Part shown: piece after piece, positions 1 to 8,982 of the stretch
Layout: each line of letters opens with the position of its first letter
Position numbering within the stretch: the first letter of the stretch is position 1
NCBI GenBank assembly: GCA_963674945.2
Contig: CAXXWQ010000004.1
Coordinates: forward strand, 576,001-640,000
DNA: 64,000 nt
Direction: 5' to 3'
Source of the DNA: an uncultured Desulfosarcina sp.
GTDB taxonomy: Bacteria; Desulfobacterota; Desulfobacteria; Desulfobacterales; Desulfosarcinaceae
Notes under the pieces: model-generated
What the model saw: the letters and a program-made list of their open reading frames with translations, nothing else
Told to the model about the DNA's origin: nothing
Database searches by the model: none
Position numbers and translations under genes: made by a program

Positions 1-1002
1 GGTCTTGTTGCGCAGCGGGAAGATGTAGGGATACAGTGATTTGCCCTCGGGTATCTCTTCACAGGCCCGGTGCAGGTAGTTTACCAAATCGCTGTCGTGA
101 ACCGCGGTGATATGCTTTTCGGCAAAAGAGCGGGGTTTGATTTGGGCAAACAAACCGCTGGGCTGCAGCACTTTCAGGATTCTGCGCACCCGTACGGGCG
201 CTTCCACATAGCCACGTTCGTGTATGTGGTGGATGTCATGATTGGCGTTGACCACCAGGGCGATTTGCTCTAAAGAGCGGCTTTCAACGGCTGTTCGCAC
301 GGCCTCGGGTTTGACATACCGGAAAGGCCGCAGGTTCACCGGATCATCCCGAAAGGATGCCACCACCTTTTCCACATAGCGGGGGGGACAGTAGGCGGCG
401 TATTTTCGCTCCAGCACGGCGCGCACCACTTTTCTGGCAAACCGCGGTCGCAATGGCTCGGGATGATCGAGCCCGTCGTACACCAGATGGGGCATGCAGG
501 TGTCACCCGGCCTGACGGGACTCTCGTAGGCGGTATTGATGATCGGACGGGCCCCATAACGTTCATAGAAGCGGAGCCTGTCGCGATTCTGCTTAAGGAT
601 CGCCGGATCATCGCAGGCATCGCGATCGTCGGGCAGACACTCGAAAAAGAGTCCCCTGGCATGAAGTTCCACGGCCTCGGCCCGCACGCTGTCATACAGG
701 GCACTGCCCAGCCCGCCTCCGGTGGAACCTTTGGCGGTGGCAATCCAGTCCAGATAGCAAAAACCGATCACCGGTTCGTGCAGCACCATGGTGAATCCCA
801 GTACGCGTCGACGCAATGTTTCGGCAACCAGCAAGATGGTCCGGAAACGCTGTTTGAAAGGATTACGCAGCTTTTCACTGATCTGGTCGATCTCTTCCGG
901 CGGCACCTCGGAAAAGCGGGTCCGAAGGATCTGCTTCACCTGCTGCAACGCCTCCCGGTCCACAGACAGAATGTCATCGTAAATCCGGCGAATTTTAAGC
1001 AT
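1..1002 (-). CDS. GNAT acetyltransferase fused to histone-deacetylase/acetylpolyamine-amidohydrolase family domain (runs off left edge)
   Basis: Not in ORF track because it has no stop in the window. Manual translation from ATG at 1002: MLKIRRIYDDIL...CYLDWIAT..GGGLGSALYDSVR..GLFFECLPD..RLRFYERYGA (GNAT motifs), then HERGYVEAPVRV..ITAVHDSDLVNYL (HDAC-family N-terminus). Starts 8 nt after the upstream stop. Confidence 0.85.
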   Translation of the reverse strand, partial: MLKIRRIYDDILSVDREALQQVKQILRTRFSEVPPEEIDQISEKLRNPFKQRFRTILLVAETLRRRVLGFTMVLHEPVIGFCYLDWIATAKGSTGGGLGSALYDSVRAEAVELHARGLFFECLPDDRDACDDPAILKQNRDRLRFYERYGARPIINTAYESPVRPGDTCMPHLVYDGLDHPEPLRPRFARKVVRAVLERKYAAYCPPRYVEKVVASFRDDPVNLRPFRYVKPEAVRTAVESRSLEQIALVVNANHDIHHIHERGYVEAPVRVRRILKVLQPSGLFAQIKPRSFAEKHITAVHDSDLVNYLHRACEEIPEGKSLYPYIFPLRNKT

Positions 1003-1010
1003 GACGAAAC

Positions 1011-2009
1011 CTATCGTATCGCCGAATCCACGATCCTTTTTATGGCATCGGTCATGGACAATCCGGCTTGGTGGACGGCGGCGGCAAAACCGGCATCCGG
1101 TGAAAGACAGGGATTGGCGTTAATTTCCAGGACCCAGGGCCGACCGTGACAGTCCACACGAAAATCTACGCGGGCATACCCCCGAAGACCCAGCAAATCC
1201 CAACATTCCAGGGACATATTCGTAAGCTGCACCAGAAGTTCCTCGTCTTTTGCATCGAAATCAAAACGACGCGGCGTGTGGTGATACGCATAGGAATTCT
1301 CGTCCCATTTGGCATTGTAGCCCACGATCCTGGCCTGACCGGAAGAATACCCCTCAAAGACAATTTCCGCCGGAGGTAACACCTGGGGGCCTTGCGGGCT
1401 GTCCAGCAAAGAGAGATTAAACTCCCGGCCCTCGATAAAGGCCTCGGCAAAACAGGATCCGCCCAGCATGGGTGCCCGCTGGACCATCAGGGTCTCCAGC
1501 AACCTTTCGGACGCGGCATCCACGATGGCTTCATCGTCAAGGCCGATAGAAGCGTGCTCCCAGACGGATTTGAGAATCCAGCGGCAAGGGGTGTCTCGCG
1601 GTCTTCCGAAGAGCCCAACACGCCAGGCGTCGGACGGAACGGTCCATGTCGGCGTCGGCAGACCCGCGCCGTCCAGCAAGGCCTTTGTGAGCAGCTTGTT
1701 GGAGGTCAGCATCATGGCTTCGGCACATGCCCCGGTGTAGGACAGCACCATGGCATCCAGCAGGGATGGAAACAGATGGATCAGCCGGCCCGTGCCGTCC
1801 AGGGACTCTACCAGATTGAAGACCAGATCGGGATCAATGGCGCGAAGTTCTCTCCGGACGCGGGAAAGATCCAGATCACAGGTCAGGCGGACCGCTTTGT
1901 GCCCGAGCGCCCGCAGATCATCGGTGACGGCATCGGCCTGAATCATAACGTCCTGTTCATCCACCGTACTGTCTGTTTGCACGGTATTATGAACCACAGC
2001 AACACGCAT
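1011..2009 (-). CDS. ATP-grasp ligase, D-Ala-D-Ala ligase-like family
   Basis: LVFNLVES, ILKSVWEHASIG, EAFIEGREF, GYARVDFRVD, LEINANP. Confidence 0.9.
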   Translation of the reverse strand: MRVAVVHNTVQTDSTVDEQDVMIQADAVTDDLRALGHKAVRLTCDLDLSRVRRELRAIDPDLVFNLVESLDGTGRLIHLFPSLLDAMVLSYTGACAEAMMLTSNKLLTKALLDGAGLPTPTWTVPSDAWRVGLFGRPRDTPCRWILKSVWEHASIGLDDEAIVDAASERLLETLMVQRAPMLGGSCFAEAFIEGREFNLSLLDSPQGPQVLPPAEIVFEGYSSGQARIVGYNAKWDENSYAYHHTPRRFDFDAKDEELLVQLTNMSLECWDLLGLRGYARVDFRVDCHGRPWVLEINANPCLSPDAGFAAAVHQAGLSMTDAIKRIVDSAIR

Positions 2010-3021
2010 AGGCTTGGCTCCTTGTCGAGGTCGTGGTGTGGCGAATGCGTTTTTGCGCAGACTGCACGATCCATTCGATCAACTGCGCATAGGTGATTTT
2101 AAGTTTGGTGCATAAAATCGGCAGGTCGGAATGTTCAGGATGCAATCCGGCCAGCGGATTGACCTCCATGAACTGTGGTGCACCTTCGGCGTCGCAGCGC
2201 ACATCGGCACGTCCCCCGTCCCTGCATCCCAGCACTTGCCAGGCTTTCAGCACGATGGCTTCGGCCTGCCGTACAACAGGGTCCGTTGCTGCATCCACGA
2301 GACGGTAGGCGACCAATTCCTCGCAGCGCTCCTTGTTCGTGTAAGAGTAAACCTGGGCTTCGGCTTTATCCAGTAAATGAACTTCCATGGTGCCCAGCAC
2401 CCTTGCCTCTCGACCCGTTCCCACAACGCCGATGGTAAACTCGCGGCCTGGTAGAAACGGCTCAACCAGGACCGGTTGGGAAAAGTCGGTCATCAGGTTG
2501 AGACAGGCGGCGCCCAACTCCTTTCTTTGGCGTACGATGGAGTCGGGCGTCACTCCCTTGCCCGTTCCCTCGGCCACGGGCTTGATAAAATAGGGCGGCC
2601 CAAAAGTTACCGCCTTCAGGTCCCCCGGTTCGCGAACCACCACGAAATCGGAAGTGGCCACACCGGCATCGCGCAGTACGTGCTTGGTCATGCCTTTGTG
2701 CAGGGTCAGGGCCATCACCAACGGATCGGAAAACGTGTACGCGATGCCGTAGACATCCAATATTGCGGGCACCTGGGCTTCCCGGCCGATGCCGTTCATT
2801 CCTTCGGCGATGTTGAAAACAAGGTCCCAGCGCCGTCCTGCAGCCAAGTGTTGGATCAGGTTGCGGGCATGGCCGATGCGTTCGGTGTGATAGCCCAAGG
2901 CGGCAAGCGTGCTTTCCAATGCCTCGACCGTGTCGTCGCGATCGAATTCGGCGGTCTCCTCCTCGCCGTACCCGGCAGCCAGGTATTCGGAGCGTAGATC
3001 ATACGTCAGGCCAATTTTCAT
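1987..3021 (-). CDS. ATP-grasp ligase, D-Ala-D-Ala ligase-like family
   Basis: MKIGLTYDLR start (3021), LVFNIAEG, REAQVPAILD, FIKPVAEGTGKG, EPFLPGREF, FMEVNPLAG. Confidence 0.9.
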   Translation of the reverse strand: MKIGLTYDLRSEYLAAGYGEEETAEFDRDDTVEALESTLAALGYHTERIGHARNLIQHLAAGRRWDLVFNIAEGMNGIGREAQVPAILDVYGIAYTFSDPLVMALTLHKGMTKHVLRDAGVATSDFVVVREPGDLKAVTFGPPYFIKPVAEGTGKGVTPDSIVRQRKELGAACLNLMTDFSQPVLVEPFLPGREFTIGVVGTGREARVLGTMEVHLLDKAEAQVYSYTNKERCEELVAYRLVDAATDPVVRQAEAIVLKAWQVLGCRDGGRADVRCDAEGAPQFMEVNPLAGLHPEHSDLPILCTKLKITYAQLIEWIVQSAQKRIRHTTTSTRSQAYACCCGS

Positions 3022-3586
3022 TTTCTTTTGCCTCCCAGAAAATTTCACGGTAGAGCATACGGTGCCATTGGACTGCTTGTTGCCGGGCGACGCCGGCGAT
3101 TCCCTTCTCGAAGGAAGGCATCGCCTGCATTCTGGTTGCGCTGCATTCGCCGTCCCATTGCCCGCTCAGGCCTTCGGCAGTGTAAAGATGGGGATACAAC
3201 CGGCACACCAGTGGCCGGGCGGTCAACGACAGCGAACATCCCGAAGGGCCGAGGAAAAGGCAGTCGCCGTCCGCCAGCCATTTGAGAACTCGTCGCCTGC
3301 CATCGGTGCGAAAGACGTACCGATGCCACAGCGGATCATCCTCCTGGTCGGCATAGTCCGCGTGAACGCCGACACGGTATTCATAAAAGTCACAAAACCC
3401 GCCGTGGCGTTGGATCCGTTGGCAATCACCTGCGGTAACGTAAATATCGTGCTGCTGACAGCAGGTCCGGCCCTGACTGGCGCAGCGTATGCAAACGTCT
3501 CCCCGGTCCGGATTTTCAACAGCCGATAGCGTGTTGCCGGGTATCGTTGCACTCGCCATATCTGTGTTTGTTGGATTCATCCTCAC
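2999..3586 (-). CDS. YkgJ family cysteine-cluster (putative Fe-S/Zn) protein
   Basis: CIRC...TCC, DCLFLGPSGC, RPLVCRLYP; overlaps the downstream gene start. Confidence 0.85.
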   Translation of the reverse strand: MRMNPTNTDMASATIPGNTLSAVENPDRGDVCIRCASQGRTCCQQHDIYVTAGDCQRIQRHGGFCDFYEYRVGVHADYADQEDDPLWHRYVFRTDGRRRVLKWLADGDCLFLGPSGCSLSLTARPLVCRLYPHLYTAEGLSGQWDGECSATRMQAMPSFEKGIAGVARQQAVQWHRMLYREIFWEAKENENWPDV

Positions 3587-3615
3587 CGCCCTCCTTTACC
3601 GGCGGTGGTGTCTGA

Positions 3616-4923
3616 TTAGAACGAATCTGGATAGCGAAAGGTTTTGCCTTCATAATTCCGCAGCAGGATATCGCATCCGTCGCGTCCCTGGCAGTAATCG
3701 GGCGTCAATGGTATCTTTCCGCCGCCGCCAGGTGCGTCGATGACATAGGTCGGTACGGCGTACCCACTTGTAAACCCCCGCAATCCTTGGATGATTTCCA
3801 GCCCCTTGTCCACCGGTGTGCGGAAATGAGAAGAACCGGAAATGGGATCGCACTGGTAAAGATAGTAGGGCCTGACCCGCATGCGCAGCAATTGGTGCAC
3901 TAGGCGGCCCATGGTTTCCACCGAATCGTTGATATCCTTGAGCAGAACGGTCTGTGATCCCAATGGGATTCCGGCGTTGGCCAATCGCTGGCAGGCAAGC
4001 GAGGCTTCGGGCGTGCACTCGTCCGGATGGATGAAGTGAAGACTCATCCACAACGGATGATGGCGCTTGAGCATGCGCACCAGTTGCGGCGTAATTCGCT
4101 GGGGCAGGACGGCCGGAATCTTGGTGCCGATCCGAATGATCTCCACATGTTTGATCTGCCGCAACCGGGTCAGCAGCCAATCCAGTCGAGAATCGCTCAA
4201 GGTCAGCGGGTCGCCGCCGGAAAGCAGAACATCCCGGATCATGGGAGTACGACGAATGTACTCCAGGGCCTGTTCCAAGCGCTTGCGATTGAAAAAGAGG
4301 CGACCGTGCCCCACCATGCGGGAACGGGTGCAATAGCGGCAATAGGTGGAGCAGAAATCCAGGGTCAGGAACAACACCCGATCCGGATAGCGATGGACCA
4401 GACCCGTAACAGGACTTTGATGATCTTCGCCCAGGGGATCATCGGCCTCTTCCGGCATGCGGATCAACTCGTTGATTGTGGGCACAACGGTTCGGCGCAG
4501 GGGATAGGCCACACCGTGGTCAACGAGCAGACTGAGGAAATAGGGTGTGATCGCCAGGGGCAACCTGGTTTGCAAGCCCGCCATTGCCGCATTCTCATCG
4601 CTGCTCAGCGTTAAAAACCGTTCCAGCTGTCTTGTCGTGCACACCCGGTTGGCGATCTGCCATTGCCAGGAGTTCCATTGCTGGTCGCTGATGTTGGGGT
4701 AATGGATTTTTAAAAACTTGCGCCTTCGAGAAATCGGGTAGTTGGGAACCGGTCTGATGGATAAATGGTTTGGTCGCGGCCGTGTAGCCGACAATGGCGA
4801 GGCAACCGCGCAATCGGTCGCCTGACTTGGAGGCTCCTCTTCCACTTCCGTGGAGACCTCCATGGTAGTAGTGGACTTTTGGTCCTGATTCGGGTTGGAT
4901 TGACGACGGGGAGGCAAACGCAT
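3616..4923 (-). CDS. kamA: KamA family radical SAM aminomutase (lysine 2,3-aminomutase-like)
   Basis: HRYPDR, CSTYCRYC (CxxxCxxC), LLSGGDP, RPYYLYQCD, DAPGGGGKIP (PLP lysine). AGGAG RBS favours start at 4923. Confidence 0.92.
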   Translation of the reverse strand: MRLPPRRQSNPNQDQKSTTTMEVSTEVEEEPPSQATDCAVASPLSATRPRPNHLSIRPVPNYPISRRRKFLKIHYPNISDQQWNSWQWQIANRVCTTRQLERFLTLSSDENAAMAGLQTRLPLAITPYFLSLLVDHGVAYPLRRTVVPTINELIRMPEEADDPLGEDHQSPVTGLVHRYPDRVLFLTLDFCSTYCRYCTRSRMVGHGRLFFNRKRLEQALEYIRRTPMIRDVLLSGGDPLTLSDSRLDWLLTRLRQIKHVEIIRIGTKIPAVLPQRITPQLVRMLKRHHPLWMSLHFIHPDECTPEASLACQRLANAGIPLGSQTVLLKDINDSVETMGRLVHQLLRMRVRPYYLYQCDPISGSSHFRTPVDKGLEIIQGLRGFTSGYAVPTYVIDAPGGGGKIPLTPDYCQGRDGCDILLRNYEGKTFRYPDSF

Positions 4924-4997
4924 CGTTTGGATACTCCTTTTCTTTGCTCGGTTCGGTTTCCAGGAAAAACAACCTGTTTTTCTAATGCCAAGCACTT

Positions 4998-5013
4998 AAC
5001 AAAATGCATGCCA
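4998..5013 (-). promoter_or_regulatory. possible sigma-54 promoter of the kamA operon (variant -12)
   Basis: TGGCATGCATTTTGTT: good -24 element, GT in place of GC at -12. Confidence 0.4.
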
Positions 5014-5409
5014 GTATGATATTCTTAACAAATCAAGCCATTTTCGCGATTTCCGGCGAAACCAGAACGTGAATGACCGAGGAAAAGGAAACTTCGGTTC
5101 CGATTTTCAGCCATGTTCTCATCGCTGCATCGCACAATTCCTCCCTTTCTATCCAAAACTGCCTGTTTAACGACAAACCGTGCCTCTCCACCAATGCCTT
5201 TGATGATATTCAATGATCTATTGAAGGAGACATCAGGTGTCCGAAAAATGGTGAGGACAGGACATTTTGCTTCCGGTCCTGGAGGACAGGTCCATGAGAA
5301 GGTAAATGTCTGCTGAATTTGAAATTTTGGGATGATCGGACCGGGGCCTTGTCGCGGCGGTTACTGCCGGCAGATTCAGATGTAAACGGGACCAAAGGCC
5401 GATAAAGGA

Positions 5410-5775
5410 TCAATATCCAACGGCCTTTTCGTACCGTTCACGGCGTATCTTGCAGTCGATGCAATATCGGGTTACCGGCCTTGCCTTGAGACGCTCCAGG
5501 GAGATGGGCTCTTCGCAATCTTCACAGATTCCGTATGACCCTTCTTCGATGGCGCTCAGGCTGTATTTGATCTTTTTAATCAATCGACTTTCCCGGCTCC
5601 GAATTCGATACTTACTGTTCCGATCCAGCTCCTGCGTGGCCCGATCCAGAGGATCGGGTTCACTCTCAAGGGTTGTGGAAATAAGCTCATAAACCGTTGT
5701 CCCGGCATCGTCGAGCAACCGGTTCAATTCATTTTCAAGCAACTGACGAAAGTAATTCAGATCTTTTCGATTCAT
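5410..5775 (-). CDS. dksA: DksA/TraR C4 zinc-finger transcription factor
   Basis: DPLDRA coiled-coil tip motif; YGICEDC..RLKARP..YCIDCK. Confidence 0.93.
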   Translation of the reverse strand: MNRKDLNYFRQLLENELNRLLDDAGTTVYELISTTLESEPDPLDRATQELDRNSKYRIRSRESRLIKKIKYSLSAIEEGSYGICEDCEEPISLERLKARPVTRYCIDCKIRRERYEKAVGY

Positions 5776-5834
5776 AGCAACCCTCCGGAAATTCCTTCAA
5801 AAAAGACCCAACGAACAACGACACGAAAGCCTGA

Positions 5835-5850
5835 CGCAATATTTGCGCCA
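5835..5850 (-). promoter_or_regulatory. sigma-54 -24/-12 promoter
   Basis: TGGCGCAAATATTGCG (GG-N10-GC), about 60 nt upstream of dksA. Confidence 0.7.
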
Positions 5851-6065
5851 TATCTATTTTGATTTACTTCCCTGCCAATGGAGCAAATCGAAACACCGGT
5901 TCTTATAGGTGGTCGTTGATCGGCTGCTTTCCGGTAAGGAGCGATGCACCCGGAACCATCCGAGGCGAGTGAAACACGGAGGTGTGTTACCTCAATGGCT
6001 CACATTATGCAGGCATATTCGAGGCCTGCGTACCATTGCGGCTGTCGACGTGACGATTTGTATGG

Positions 6066-6722
6066 TTGCACCCCTATCGCGCATGCCGAAAAAAGCTTTC
6101 CGATATCGGGTTGGCGGAGAAAAAGAAGTTGGGAATCTTCTCTGAAATGACGGCGCTGTATGCCCACATCGATCAGGTGGTGGCAGAATTTCAATTGAGG
6201 AGCGGACTTCGTTGTCCACCGGGGTGCGGAAAATGTTGTACGACCTCCGATGTCCAGGTGACCGTTCTGGAAATGCTTCCCATGGCCCATGAAATGTTTT
6301 GCGACGGTACGGCAGACCAATGGCTGGAGCGTCTGTCGGTACCTTCCGTGTCGGGGAGATGCGTTTTATACAAGGTCCATGGGACAGAAAACTTGGCCGG
6401 ACACTGCGGCTATTACAAATGGCGGCCGGTAGTGTGTCGATTGTTCGGCTTTGCCGCGGTACGAGATCGGACCGGGTCCAAGACACTGGCGGTGTGTCGG
6501 CACATCCGCCAGAACAACCCGAAAGTCGCCCTGGTCGCAATGGCCATGGCCGAAGAAGCGCCCTGTTTCGTGAAGTACGGCACCGAAGTCTTTGGGCTCG
6601 ATCCAGTGTTGGGTTTCCGTTTGATGCCCATCAATACGGCGCTGCACCAGGCCATCGAACGTCTGGGGATTGTGAGGTCATATGCATATCGGGAGAGTTT
6701 GCGGGACAATCCGGCAGCGTAG
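6066..6722 (+). CDS. YkgJ family cysteine-cluster protein (true start probably 6111 or 6148)
   Basis: CPPGCGKCC, CVLY, CGYYKWRPVVCRLFG. Confidence 0.85.
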   Translation: MHPYRACRKKLSDIGLAEKKKLGIFSEMTALYAHIDQVVAEFQLRSGLRCPPGCGKCCTTSDVQVTVLEMLPMAHEMFCDGTADQWLERLSVPSVSGRCVLYKVHGTENLAGHCGYYKWRPVVCRLFGFAAVRDRTGSKTLAVCRHIRQNNPKVALVAMAMAEEAPCFVKYGTEVFGLDPVLGFRLMPINTALHQAIERLGIVRSYAYRESLRDNPAA

Positions 6723-6739
6723 GGAGGCAACCCCCCTTT
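6723..6739 (+). terminator. possible intrinsic terminator
   Basis: GGGAGG-CAA-CCCCCC followed by TTTT just after the stop codon. Confidence 0.4.
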
Positions 6740-7004
6740 ACAAACCGTCCGATTGGTTTATATGGGGAATCGTCTTTTCAGAATTGCAAACACAATCATC
6801 CATTTGAAAAAATACGCAGATTTGATTTTGAAGAGCCGCCGATTGACATCGTGAGAAATAGAAATACGATGTCCGCTTTGATCCGGAAGAGGAAACCGGA
6901 TGTCAGATTTCATCTGATTCACAATTTCTGGCACAAATGATTCCAGTCCACGAAAGATTCGCACCATGCGATCCTGCATTGTTTTCGCCTGCAAGTTGTG
7001 CACC

Positions 7005-7020
7005 TGGCGCATTCATTGCA
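7005..7020 (+). promoter_or_regulatory. sigma-54 -24/-12 promoter
   Basis: TGGCGCATTCATTGCA (GG-N10-GC), about 60 nt upstream of ATG 7078. Confidence 0.7.
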
Positions 7021-7077
7021 GTAGAAGGCGCCAAGATAATTTCACAAACACAAAACAAGGTCGTTGTCGGTGGAATA

Positions 7078-7344
7078 ATGGCGAAAAAAAATCCGACAAT
7101 CATTCGAGGCATCGTTCTTGCCGCCGGCTGGGAAAAAAATGGTGCGATCTCGGTCGTGGATATCGCGGACTACGATGAGAAAACATACCGGGTGGTGAAC
7201 GATGAAATCGGCAACCAATTGCTGTCCTATGTGAAGAAGAGAGTTGCCGCCGAAGGCATTGTCATGATGCATCGCGGCAGGTTAACCTTCCGCGTCCGCC
7301 ATTTTCGGGTCGACACCGCCGACCCAATCAAGTCCATCGCCTGA
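7078..7344 (+). CDS. small hypothetical protein (beta-rich, OB-fold-like)
   Basis: MAKKNPTIIRGIVLAAGWEKNG...; plausible composition, preceded by a sigma-54 site. Confidence 0.65.
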   Translation: MAKKNPTIIRGIVLAAGWEKNGAISVVDIADYDEKTYRVVNDEIGNQLLSYVKKRVAAEGIVMMHRGRLTFRVRHFRVDTADPIKSIA

Positions 7345-7512
7345 ACGGCAGGATCTCCCACCGCCATCGCTGATCCCCCAAGAATCGAAAACGTCCTGAT
7401 AACCGCCCGTTGCATTTTGAGAAGATACACGATATAGAATGAAGCGTGGTTTGCATCACCATGAAATATGCCTGATTCGCTTTGTTCCCTTTCAATCCAT
7501 TGATGATGTGTC

Positions 7513-8910
7513 ATGATAGAAGAGATTCTGGTCGTTAGTGACAGTCCGGAAGTGGTAGCGCTGATTCACGGTGCCATTGGCAAAAAGTCCAATGTGAGCT
7601 GTGAAAAAGAGCTTTCGGGCGCGTTAGCATCGATGAAACAGCAATTCGATCTGATTTTCATCGATCTGGCCCCGTTGGGGAATGATATCGTAGGCCCGTT
7701 GGAAGACGCCATCCGGCATTTCCGCAGACACCATCAGCAGACCCAATTTGTGGTACTGGCGCCCAAAGAGAATGTGCGCCGCGCCGTTGAAGCGGTGAAA
7801 CTCGGTGCCAACGACTATTTGACCTATCCCATCGAAAGCGCCGAGATACGACTGGTTCTGGAAACCGCAAAAGAAGGGATCGCAAAAAATCTGGAACTGG
7901 AATACCTGCGGGACAAATTCTGGAAGTCGGATTGGATGGAGATTATCCAGACCCGCAATCCTGCCATGCGGTTAGTTTTCGAAAATGTCCGTAGCGTGGC
8001 CCCGACCATTGCCACCGTATTGCTTACGGGGGAAACGGGAACGGGAAAGGGCTTGATGGCCAGGTTGATTCATTGGCACAGCCACAGAAGTGACGGCCCG
8101 TTTGTTGCCGTTCACTGCGGCGCCATCCCCGAGACCCTGATCGAAAGTGAACTTTTCGGTCATGAAAAGGGCGCTTTCACCGGTGCCGACCGCAGAAGAA
8201 TCGGTAAATTCGAGATGGCCCGCGACGGTACGATCTTTTTGGATGAGATTGGAACCATCACGCCGGCCGCCCAGATCAAATTGCTGCAGGTGCTGCAGGA
8301 CGGCACCTTCAACCGGTTGGGCGCCCAGGAACCGCTTTGCACCAACGCCCGTATCATTGCGGCGACAAACGCCGACCTCCAGCAGATGGCCGATTCCGGT
8401 GTATTTCGCCGGGACCTCCTCTACCGGCTTAATGTATTTCCCATCCAAATTCCCCCTTTGCGGGATCGCCTGGAGGACCTGCCTCATCTGGTCGATCTGT
8501 TTCTTGCCAATCTGAATGCCAAATACGGGAAAACCATCAAGGGCGTGCACAAGGAGGCTGTAAAAAACCTGCAGACGTATCATTGGCCCGGTAACCTGCG
8601 CGAACTGGAAAATGTTCTGGAGAGGGCCCATATTCTGGAGACCGGCGATCTGCTCATTTCGGAACATTTCCCCCAGGCATTGATGATCGGCTCCACCATC
8701 GATCAAATTATCGAGGGCCAGAGGGCGCTTTCCCTGGCCAGGGCCCGACAGCTCGCCATCGACGAATTCGAACGCCTCTACCTGATCAAACTTCTGGAAA
8801 AAAACAAAGGAAGAATCAACAGTTCGGCCGCCGAAGCCGACATCACGCCCAGACAGTTGAGCCGGCTGATATCCCGACACGGCCTGGACAAAAAAAAGTA
8901 CAAACACTAA
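7513..8910 (+). CDS. sigma-54-dependent transcriptional activator (receiver-AAA+-HTH, NtrC family)
   Basis: IFID receiver Asp, GETGTGKG, ESELFGHEKGAFTGA, FLDEIG, WPGNLREL. Confidence 0.95.
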   Translation: MIEEILVVSDSPEVVALIHGAIGKKSNVSCEKELSGALASMKQQFDLIFIDLAPLGNDIVGPLEDAIRHFRRHHQQTQFVVLAPKENVRRAVEAVKLGANDYLTYPIESAEIRLVLETAKEGIAKNLELEYLRDKFWKSDWMEIIQTRNPAMRLVFENVRSVAPTIATVLLTGETGTGKGLMARLIHWHSHRSDGPFVAVHCGAIPETLIESELFGHEKGAFTGADRRRIGKFEMARDGTIFLDEIGTITPAAQIKLLQVLQDGTFNRLGAQEPLCTNARIIAATNADLQQMADSGVFRRDLLYRLNVFPIQIPPLRDRLEDLPHLVDLFLANLNAKYGKTIKGVHKEAVKNLQTYHWPGNLRELENVLERAHILETGDLLISEHFPQALMIGSTIDQIIEGQRALSLARARQLAIDEFERLYLIKLLEKNKGRINSSAAEADITPRQLSRLISRHGLDKKKYKH

Positions 8911-8982
8911 AAATCAGAAGGCCAACATCCATCGTCCCCAAAAACGCTTCCTGCCGGATCATCGACTGCCAGCGCCAATGAT

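Noticed and set aside
463..1149. Long antisense or alternative-frame ORFs (e.g. 463-1149, 7972-8907, 33410-34519, 49443-50171)
   Set aside because: They are shadows of well-supported genes on the opposite strand and have no recognisable motifs.
1011..3021. Housekeeping ddl genes or a vancomycin-resistance ligase
   Set aside because: They lack the N-terminal GGxSxE motif and have no mur/fts or van neighbours, so no gene symbol was assigned.
3616..4923. epmB or ablA assignment
   Set aside because: No efp/epmA is adjacent, and no stand-alone AblB-type acetyltransferase follows directly.
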